Shown here: positions 8,062 through 14,721 of the stretch, in pieces
Numbering within the stretch: position 1 is the stretch's first letter
How the letters are laid out: each line of letters begins with the position of its first letter
Source: a virus
Length of the DNA: 17,799 nucleotides
Direction: 5' to 3' (one strand)
Virus genome (UHGV): UHGV-1847153
Translations under genes and position numbers: made by a program
Notes under the pieces: model-generated
Told to the model about the DNA's origin: nothing
What the model saw: only the letters and a program-made list of their open reading frames with translations
Database searches by the model: none

Positions 8062-10318
8062 CGCAGATACGATTAAAGATTTCCTTGTTTCGCTGGGATT
8101 CGATATCGATCAGGCTGGCGCTAATAAGTTTGAAGCCGTGCTGAAAGGCGTTACAGCTAACGTTCTGAAGGTCGGCGCGGTGGTGGAAGGCGCAGCGCTG
8201 AGCATTGTCGGATTTACCACTCAGATCGCGAACGGTCTGGATAAAATTTACTGGGCATCCCAGCGGACGGGGGCCAGTGTCCAGGGCATCAAAGCGCTGG
8301 GATACGCCGCATCGCAAACCGGTGCCAGCGCCGAGTCGGCTATGTCCTCCCTCGAAGGGCTGGCCGGTTTCATGCGTAGCAATCCGGGCGCGGAAGGCTT
8401 CCTGAACCGCCTGGGCGTCCAGACTCGCGATGCCAGCGGAAAGATGCGTGATACTGCGGCCATCTTTACTGGCGTTGGGCAAAAGCTCAACAACATGCCG
8501 TATTACCGCGCGAAACAATACGCGCAGATGCTTGGCATCGATGAAAACACGCTGATGGCGATGCGGCGCGGCATGAATGGCTTTACCGCCGATTACCAGT
8601 CGATGCTGCAAAAGACAGGGTTCAACGCTGATAAAGCGGCTGTTCAGTCCAACAAATTCATGACGTCCATGCGCGGGCTTACGTCGCTGTTCGGCATCAT
8701 GCGGGACAAGATCGGCTCAAACCTCGCTGGTGGCCTGGCTGGTTCGCTGGACAGCCTGCGGCGGCGCATCCTCGACAATTTCCCGAAGATTGAAGAGACG
8801 CTGACCAGAGTTATTAAAGGCGTGATCTGGCTTGCGAACGCATTCACGAGAATGGCGTGGCGGCTGATACAGGGCGCTGGCTCTGTCATCGACTGGTGGA
8901 AGCGTCTTGACGATGGCAGTAAAAATCTGCTGAAAATATTCGGTGCTCTACTTGTCGCATGGCGTCTGCTTAATTCTGCGTTCCTGAAATCCCCGATTGG
9001 AATTATCACCACGCTGATTCTGGCGATCGGATTACTCTATGACGATTATCAGACGTGGAAAGAAGGCGGTAAAAGCCTGATTGACTGGTCCAAGTGGGAG
9101 CCTGCAATAGAAAAGGCGAAAAAGGCAATTCTCTGGCTGCGCGATAAGCTTCTGGGGCTGAAAGATTCTGTTGGTGGATGGCAGAACTCGCTGGAAATTT
9201 TGGCTACTTTCATCGCTGGGGTATGGGTAACAAAAGTATTGGGAGCATTCGCAAAAATATCCGGTCTTCCGATACCTCCATGGCTTAAATTATGGGGAGC
9301 GTATGCTGGTTACCTGGTTTCAGATCGTGAAAACATAAAAGCCAGTGCTAAATCATCTTTGGACTATACCAAAAGGAACATTGGTGATGCTCTTGCTACG
9401 GTTGGCATCAAAACCGACCTTGGGCGAAAAGATGTTAGCGAGGTAAGAGAATGGCCCGCATGGATGGATTGGCTGCATGGTGGCCCAGGTAAGATTATTC
9501 GTCAGGCGCAAAGCAATGGCGTCGTTTATGGCGATAATGTTCAGCCTGACATTCCCGGGGCGGAACAGCATGTTCGTAGTAATGAAATTGCCCCGCATGA
9601 AAGAGATGAAATAAAAAACCGTCAGCAGGCTGCTAATGGTTATCTTGAAAAAATCTCAGACGGGATTGCCAAAATCGGTAATTTATTTTTCTCCCCGGCT
9701 GGAGCTGCTGAAATCTCTCCAAATATATCGGGTGACCCCTCCCAGTTTGCGCAATCAGTCAAACGTCCACAGGCCACAGCCCAGGGCAAAGTATTGCTCG
9801 ACTGGATGGGGCCAATGTTCAATAAACTTGAGTCGCTTTATCAACTTCCAGCTGGTCTATTGAAAAGTGTGGCGATAACCGAGTCAGGTGGTAACCAGTT
9901 CGCCATGTCCGGCGCAGGCGCGAAAGGTCTGTTTCAGTTTATGGATGGTACGGCGCGCGACATGGGCCTTCGCGGAAACGATGTATTCGACCCGCAAAAG
10001 TCAGCTCAGGCCGCAGCTAAGTACCTCAGCCAGCTGTTGCGGCAGAACGGCGGAGACCTTAGCAAAGCACTGGCATCATATAACTGGGGGATCGGGAATG
10101 TTAAGCGCTATGGCATGGGGTTAATGCCGCAGGAAACGCGTAACTACATTCCGAAAGTAATGAGCAACATGCCCACCAGCGCCCCGGTGATTCAGCAGGA
10201 AACGAATATTAACATCCACGGCGTTTCCGATCCGCGCGAGGCTGCCCGTTTGACTGTTGATCGTCAAAAGGGCGTGAATTCACAGTTAACCCAGCAACTC
10301 CCCGCAGGACCGAGATAA
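8051..10318 (+). CDS. Tail tape measure protein with C-terminal soluble lytic transglycosylase (SLT) domain
   Basis: RBS GGAGAG 8039-8044 before ATG 8051. 755 aa. Hydrophobic helices in the middle (LLKIFGALLVAWRLL..., IGIITTLILAIGLLY, LEILATFIAGVWVTKVLGAF). SLT-like block around 9840-10130 with catalytic-type ES motif (VAITESGGNQFAMSGAGAKGLFQFMDGTARDMGL...YNWGIGNV). Position after the chaperone frameshift. Confidence 0.8.
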   Translation: MSGNADTIKDFLVSLGFDIDQAGANKFEAVLKGVTANVLKVGAVVEGAALSIVGFTTQIANGLDKIYWASQRTGASVQGIKALGYAASQTGASAESAMSSLEGLAGFMRSNPGAEGFLNRLGVQTRDASGKMRDTAAIFTGVGQKLNNMPYYRAKQYAQMLGIDENTLMAMRRGMNGFTADYQSMLQKTGFNADKAAVQSNKFMTSMRGLTSLFGIMRDKIGSNLAGGLAGSLDSLRRRILDNFPKIEETLTRVIKGVIWLANAFTRMAWRLIQGAGSVIDWWKRLDDGSKNLLKIFGALLVAWRLLNSAFLKSPIGIITTLILAIGLLYDDYQTWKEGGKSLIDWSKWEPAIEKAKKAILWLRDKLLGLKDSVGGWQNSLEILATFIAGVWVTKVLGAFAKISGLPIPPWLKLWGAYAGYLVSDRENIKASAKSSLDYTKRNIGDALATVGIKTDLGRKDVSEVREWPAWMDWLHGGPGKIIRQAQSNGVVYGDNVQPDIPGAEQHVRSNEIAPHERDEIKNRQQAANGYLEKISDGIAKIGNLFFSPAGAAEISPNISGDPSQFAQSVKRPQATAQGKVLLDWMGPMFNKLESLYQLPAGLLKSVAITESGGNQFAMSGAGAKGLFQFMDGTARDMGLRGNDVFDPQKSAQAAAKYLSQLLRQNGGDLSKALASYNWGIGNVKRYGMGLMPQETRNYIPKVMSNMPTSAPVIQQETNINIHGVSDPREAARLTVDRQKGVNSQLTQQLPAGPR

Positions 10319-10932
10319 TGGATATTTTATCAGCGATTTTTCGCCAGCAATCCCGGCGAATTGGAATATTAATCCCCAGCGTGGTTGTTTCTGAAAAGCA
10401 TTCTGATGCGCTCGAAATTACTGAGCACCCGGTGGAGAAGCCAACAACGAATAGCGCTTCGGGCTTCATCGCCGATCATGCGTATAAGCGCCCAAGCGAA
10501 GTCACGATGGAATGCGGCTTCGCTGGTGGCGGTTCATTGCTGGACTTCATTGATACATCGTCAATCGGCCTCAGCGCCGGACTTAGCCCGAAAGAGACAT
10601 ACCAAAAGCTGCTGGATATGCAGCTTGAGCGCGTACCGTTCGATGTGGTTACCGGGAAGAGGGTGTACACCAATATGCTGGTGCGTGCCATTGAGGTGAC
10701 GACCGATAAAACCAGCGAGAACGTGCTGAACTGCACGCTTACCCTGCGTGAAGTGATCATGTCGCAGACATTTAAAAAGCAGGTCGCAGATAAGTCGGAT
10801 ATGCAGGATGGTGTCAGTACGTCAGCAGTGCAGAATTCCGGGACGAAATCGGTTACATCGGTGAATGATTCGCTCTTGGGGCAGGTCACGGGTGCGAGTA
10901 AGGTTGGCGGACGTTATCAGTTACCTTTCTAA
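10318..10932 (+). CDS. Hypothetical tail / baseplate protein
   Basis: TAATG overlap with the tape measure stop (coupled). 204 aa. Function not recognisable from sequence alone. Confidence 0.5.
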   Translation: MDILSAIFRQQSRRIGILIPSVVVSEKHSDALEITEHPVEKPTTNSASGFIADHAYKRPSEVTMECGFAGGGSLLDFIDTSSIGLSAGLSPKETYQKLLDMQLERVPFDVVTGKRVYTNMLVRAIEVTTDKTSENVLNCTLTLREVIMSQTFKKQVADKSDMQDGVSTSAVQNSGTKSVTSVNDSLLGQVTGASKVGGRYQLPF

Positions 10933-10942
10933 TGAGGTTTAT

Positions 10943-11248
10943 ATGCAGTTTAACGAAATACCGCTTTCTCCTGACAATCAGCAGTTCCGCGTTTTGCTGG
11001 GCAATACCACCTATACGCTCAGGATCATCTGGCGCGATGCGGCTGGCTGGATCATGGACGTGATGGATAGCGGCGGTGCTGCGCTTCTTTCTGGCGTACC
11101 TCTACTGACCGGCGTGAACCTTTTACGACAATTTCCACAGCTTGGCATTGATGGTGCGCTGGTGGTGGCTACCGATAAGGGGGCACCAGACGAACCCACC
11201 AAAACCAACCTCGGCACATACAGCCACCTTATTTTCGTACAGGAGTAG
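10943..11248 (+). CDS. Hypothetical small tail / baseplate protein
   Basis: RBS GAGG 10934-10937 before ATG 10943. The ORF-track start at 10865 would overlap the upstream gene by 68 nt, so 10943 is preferred. Stop TAG 11246-11248. Confidence 0.45.
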   Translation: MQFNEIPLSPDNQQFRVLLGNTTYTLRIIWRDAAGWIMDVMDSGGAALLSGVPLLTGVNLLRQFPQLGIDGALVVATDKGAPDEPTKTNLGTYSHLIFVQE

Positions 11249-11250
11249 AA

Positions 11251-12312
11251 ATGTCTCTTAACTGGATGCGCCATTTTGAGCTGCAACTGTTGGACCAGAA
11301 CGGGCAGGGCGTTTCCCTGTCTGACTTTAAGGTCACGTTCCAGATCGAGTGGGCAGACACACGCTGGCCGCGCGTGGCGAACGTGAAAATTTACAACCTT
11401 TCGACCGATACCACGAACAAGATACTGGGGCAGGAGTTTGCAAAAATTCGCATCATTGCCGGGTATGACGGTATTGCGCCGGATGTTGATGCGAGCCAGG
11501 TTGGTGTCGCCCGGGAGATTTCACCAGACCAGGTAGGGCAGGTGAACGGTCAGAACTACGGCCTGATATTTGACGGTGATATTCGCTTCACCGTCACCGG
11601 GAAGGACAACATTACGGATTCCTGGGTGCTGATTCAGGCCATCAGTAACCACGAAGCGTTCCTCTACGCGACTACCATCACCACGCTTGCCGCTGGCTAT
11701 ACCGTTGCGGATCTGCACCGGGCGACGATGCAGGATTTCAACGCGTTCGGCGTGACGCAGGGCATTACCGGCGACTTTCCTGATACTGTGTTTCCTCGTG
11801 GCCGCGCGATTTACTCATCCACCCGTAACGTGATGGACAATATTGCTGCGCAGTGCAAAGCGACATGGCAGTTAGTGGATGGGCAGGTGCAGATGGTGCC
11901 GGAGGATAAATACATTCACGAAGCCATCGTGCTGAATGCCGATACTGGCCTGATCGGTATGCCGCAACAAACGATGGGCGGCGGAGTAAACGTGCGGTGC
12001 CTGATAAACCCAAACATCCGTATTAATGGTCTTATCCAGCTCGATCAGGCTTCGGTGTACCGCGCCGCGCTCGGCAATAGCGAAATCGCACAGTCGCCCG
12101 GGCGTATCACCGAAACAGAAGAGAACGGCAACCGTGTGCTGACCGGCACGACGTCACAGGCTGCCAGCATTGCGACGGATGGCGTTTATATCGTCAAAGC
12201 TATCGACTATACTGGCGACACCAGAGGTCAGGCGTGGTACATGGATTTGATGTGTTTTGCGCGTGGCAGCCGCGATTTGCAGAGTAACGCATCACTTAAC
12301 CGGACGTTTTAA
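11251..12312 (+). CDS. Putative baseplate hub-like protein (Mu gpP position)
   Basis: RBS AGGAG 11241-11245 before ATG 11251. 353 aa. Position between tape-measure-proximal genes and the spike gene. Identity by synteny only. Confidence 0.45.
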   Translation: MSLNWMRHFELQLLDQNGQGVSLSDFKVTFQIEWADTRWPRVANVKIYNLSTDTTNKILGQEFAKIRIIAGYDGIAPDVDASQVGVAREISPDQVGQVNGQNYGLIFDGDIRFTVTGKDNITDSWVLIQAISNHEAFLYATTITTLAAGYTVADLHRATMQDFNAFGVTQGITGDFPDTVFPRGRAIYSSTRNVMDNIAAQCKATWQLVDGQVQMVPEDKYIHEAIVLNADTGLIGMPQQTMGGGVNVRCLINPNIRINGLIQLDQASVYRAALGNSEIAQSPGRITETEENGNRVLTGTTSQAASIATDGVYIVKAIDYTGDTRGQAWYMDLMCFARGSRDLQSNASLNRTF

Positions 12313-12315
12313 AAA

Positions 12316-12666
12316 ATGAAAAAACTCATCCTGATGATTGCTTGCAGCTCTTTTGTCTTGGCGGGCGTGGCTCATGCTGATTCCCAGTGTGGGCCTTTCC
12401 ACTTGGGCACGAGCCCGACAAATGATGGATGGGCACGCATTAACGGTGCGAAGCCTGAAAGTCAGAAGGTAACGTTCCTTAAGCAAAAAGAAGACTACGA
12501 GAACATTAAGATGGAATGGCGCATGGCTACTGACCAGCCTGGAAGATGGGTTGGTCTTGAGTACATCAAGCGCAACGGCAAAGCCATTCTCAACGCACAG
12601 TGGTTGCAAGCCAGCATGGATGCGCCGCGTCAGTATGCAACATACGACTGCGTGAAGGTGAAATGA
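12316..12666 (+). CDS. Small secreted (periplasmic) protein of unknown function; cargo (moron) gene
   Basis: N-terminal Sec signal peptide MKKLILMIACSSFVLAGVAHA with AxA cleavage motif (AHA/DS). Mature protein about 95 aa with two Cys (QCGPF..., ...YDCVKVK). Lower GC than the flanking structural genes by eye. No recognisable family. Confidence 0.55.
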   Translation: MKKLILMIACSSFVLAGVAHADSQCGPFHLGTSPTNDGWARINGAKPESQKVTFLKQKEDYENIKMEWRMATDQPGRWVGLEYIKRNGKAILNAQWLQASMDAPRQYATYDCVKVK

Positions 12667-12684
12667 TGATCCGCATCCTTAAAC

Positions 12685-12738
12685 ATCAATAATCGTTGAT
12701 CTCGCGTTTTTATTATGCACTAATCTGTACATGTACAG
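12685..12738 (+). promoter_or_regulatory. Candidate promoter/operator of the TA cassette: -10-like TATTAT (12711-12716) and 14-bp perfect palindrome CTGTACATGTACAG (12725-12738) directly upstream of the antitoxin RBS
   Basis: One of only two sizeable intergenic gaps in the window (12667-12748). Palindrome read directly. -35 element is weak or unclear, so promoter placement is tentative. Confidence 0.35.
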
Positions 12739-12748
12739 AGAGGGTGCC

Positions 12749-13162
12749 ATGAAAATCATTACTTACACGCAAATGCGATCGGATTTATCTGCAACGCTGG
12801 ACTGTTTACGCTCTGGTGAAAGCGTCACAGTTACGCAGCGCGGAAAGCCCGACCTTGTCATCAGTGCAAAATCAGTTGATGAAATCGCTTCCGCAGATGA
12901 GGTAAAAACATCTGCGAAAACAATAGACACGCATCTTGCGCAATTAATTGCATCGAATTTGTCACCACAGATAACGGAGGGTGTCATGAAGCTTACTAAG
13001 CAATTGGATGCCCTTCTTCAGTCTGATGAGGCTCGCCAGACTATGATGAAGGCCACTAATGCAGCAGTTGCTTTGCAGGGCGTGTCTGAGTCATTTATCA
13101 AAGCTCTGCAACATACTCAGACCAAGCATGCGGACATCATAAAAAAACTGGAAGATAAGTAA
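12749..13162 (+). CDS. Phd/YefM-like antitoxin with an unusually long C-terminal extension (137 aa)
   Basis: RBS GAGGG 12740-12744 before ATG 12749. N-terminus (MKIITYTQMRSDLSATLDCLRSGESVTVTQRGKPDLVISAKSVDE) resembles the Phd/YefM fold pattern recalled from P1 Phd. Stop TAA overlaps the doc ATG (TAATG) at 13160-13164. Internal in-frame GGAGGG-ATG at 12976-12988. Confidence 0.6.
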   Translation: MKIITYTQMRSDLSATLDCLRSGESVTVTQRGKPDLVISAKSVDEIASADEVKTSAKTIDTHLAQLIASNLSPQITEGVMKLTKQLDALLQSDEARQTMMKATNAAVALQGVSESFIKALQHTQTKHADIIKKLEDK

Positions 13163-13569
13163 TGACTGAGATTACATTCCTTTCGGTAGATGAGGTCATC
13201 GCTATTCAGAAGAGCACATTGCCAAATAGCGGACAACCAGACCGGGGAAAACTCGAAGGTGCCCTCAATCGCGTCGATAACTTACGCATGTATGAAGGAT
13301 GTGAGGATTTATTTAAATTTGCAGCTATGTACATGGTTGCGATAGCGAAGTCTCACGCTTTTAATGACGCCAATAAGCGAACGGCTTTCCAGGCCGCCAG
13401 CGTGTTTTTGCTTTTGAATGGCTATGAACTGAATACCTCAATGGAGTTAGTCAAGCTGACCATCTTTGCTGCTACGGGAGAGGCCGACTGCGATAACACT
13501 GCTTTGGCGCTTAAACTTTTGTCAGATTATAAGAATGAGCTGCTGGCAGATACGATAACTGGCTACTGA
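13162..13569 (+). CDS. doc: Doc (death-on-curing) family toxin, Fic fold
   Basis: Intact Doc signature HxFxDANKR (SHAFNDANKRTAF, codons 13354-13380). Overall pattern closely resembles P1 Doc as recalled (DLF..A.Y.VA.A..H.FNDANKRTA....FL..NG...........L...ATGE). 135 aa. Translationally coupled to the upstream antitoxin. Confidence 0.8.
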   Translation: MTEITFLSVDEVIAIQKSTLPNSGQPDRGKLEGALNRVDNLRMYEGCEDLFKFAAMYMVAIAKSHAFNDANKRTAFQAASVFLLLNGYELNTSMELVKLTIFAATGEADCDNTALALKLLSDYKNELLADTITGY

Positions 13570-13592
13570 TAGCAAAAAGTAAATTGTACACA

Positions 13593-13617
13593 ACCCGCCG
13601 CCGAGCGGGTTTTTTTA
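13593..13617 (+). terminator. Rho-independent terminator after doc: stem ACCCGC / GCGGGT with 6-nt loop, followed by T7
   Basis: Stem 13593-13598 pairs with 13605-13610; T-run 13610-13616. Lies 24 nt after the doc stop and 11 nt before the spike gene ATG. Confidence 0.6.
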
Positions 13618-13627
13618 TGGAGTTTTT

Positions 13628-14368
13628 ATGCCAATTCCAACTCAATCACAGATCGGCGGCGAGCAGCAGACCGCGCAGGCCATAGCCGATTCGGTGTCTA
13701 CCCAGATGCGCGTAGCGATGCCAGGCATCATTCAGTCGTTCGATCCTGACGCTGTAACCTGCACAGTAGAAGTGGCGCTTCGCGGTATTGTTGGCGACGG
13801 CTCCACCGAATTAAAACCGCTGGTGGATGTTCCTGTCATCTTCCCGCGCGGCGGCGGCTGCACGCTGACCTTTCCGGTTAAAGAAGGCGACGAGTGCCTG
13901 CTGCTCTTTGCCGACCGTTGCATCGATTTCTGGTGGCAGAGCGGCGGCGTGCAGGAGACCGTCGACCCGCGCCAGCATGACTTATCTGATGCGTTCGCCA
14001 TCGTTGGCCCACAGTCGCAAGCACGGAAAATCAGCGGTATCAGTACCAGCGCCGCGCAGCTGCGAACCGATGATGGTGCGGCGTTTGTAGAAGTCGCCGC
14101 AGGACATAACATCACCATTAAAACACCGGGCCAGCTTACAGCTACGGCTGAAGGTGGAACGACAATCACATCCCCGACTATCACGCTGAACGGCAACGTA
14201 ACGATTAATGGCAACTTGTCTCAGGGAATGGGCGAAAGCGGCGGTACTGCGACGATGCTTGGGCCGGTGACGGTAACGAATGACGTAACAGCTTCTGGTA
14301 TCAGTGTCGCCACGCATAAACATGGCGGAGTACAGACTGGCGGGGGAACTACCGGAGGGCCGCAATAA
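13628..14368 (+). CDS. Baseplate central spike protein (gpV / Mu gp45-like)
   Basis: RBS GGAG 13619-13622 before ATG 13628. N-terminal OB-fold-like region, Gly/Thr-rich beta-helix-like C-terminus (TITLNGNVTINGNL...) ending in an HxH apex motif (ATHKHGG) as in metal-binding spike tips. Followed by W/J/I-like genes. Confidence 0.65.
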   Translation: MPIPTQSQIGGEQQTAQAIADSVSTQMRVAMPGIIQSFDPDAVTCTVEVALRGIVGDGSTELKPLVDVPVIFPRGGGCTLTFPVKEGDECLLLFADRCIDFWWQSGGVQETVDPRQHDLSDAFAIVGPQSQARKISGISTSAAQLRTDDGAAFVEVAAGHNITIKTPGQLTATAEGGTTITSPTITLNGNVTINGNLSQGMGESGGTATMLGPVTVTNDVTASGISVATHKHGGVQTGGGTTGGPQ

Positions 14369-14721
14369 TGCGATACCGTCGCGAAGATACTGAAGGCGAT
14401 TACACTTTCGGCCAGGGTGACGATACTTTCCTTATCGACAGTCCGGAATGTGTCGCCCAGGCCGTAAAAACCCGTTTCGAGCTGTGGCGCGGTCAGTGGT
14501 TTCTCGATCTGACGGAAGGCACGCCGTATGTTCAGTCAGTGCTTGGGAAGCAGCGATCAGATGTCTACATCCTGGCTATACGCGAACGCATACAGGATAC
14601 ACCGGGCGTTCTGTCGATTCTTTCCTTCGATACCAATTATGACGGCACCAGCCGACGCGTCACTTTCACTTCCTCCATTGACACAATCTACGGCCAGACG
14701 ACTGTAAAAAGCGAGGCATAA
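14368..14721 (+). CDS. Baseplate protein (gpW / gp25-like by position)
   Basis: TAATG overlap with the spike gene. 117 aa. Sits between V-like and J-like genes. Identity by synteny. Confidence 0.5.
   Translation: MRYRREDTEGDYTFGQGDDTFLIDSPECVAQAVKTRFELWRGQWFLDLTEGTPYVQSVLGKQRSDVYILAIRERIQDTPGVLSILSFDTNYDGTSRRVTFTSSIDTIYGQTTVKSEA

Noticed and set aside
7988-8611. 207-aa minus-strand ORF overlapping the end of the chaperone extension and the start of the tape measure gene
   Set aside because: Entirely antisense to well-supported + strand genes with RBSs and coupling, no RBS of its own, in a GC-rich region where long shadow ORFs are expected.
10865-10942. Upstream start at 10865 for the small tail protein, and Met 16580 for the tail fiber
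   Set aside because: Both would overlap the preceding gene extensively and lack an RBS; internal ATGs at 10943 and 16598 have RBSs and canonical stop-start coupling.
12731-12748. ATG at 12731 as antitoxin start (ORF-track MYREGAMKII...)
   Set aside because: That ATG sits in the centre of the 14-bp palindrome with no RBS; ATG 12749 has a GAGGG RBS at correct spacing and begins the Phd-like MKIITYT N-terminus.
13585-13590. Third TGTACA half-site downstream of doc as a second operator
   Set aside because: A 6-mer palindrome occurs several times by chance in this window (also seen near 3489 and 10664); no extended symmetry around it.
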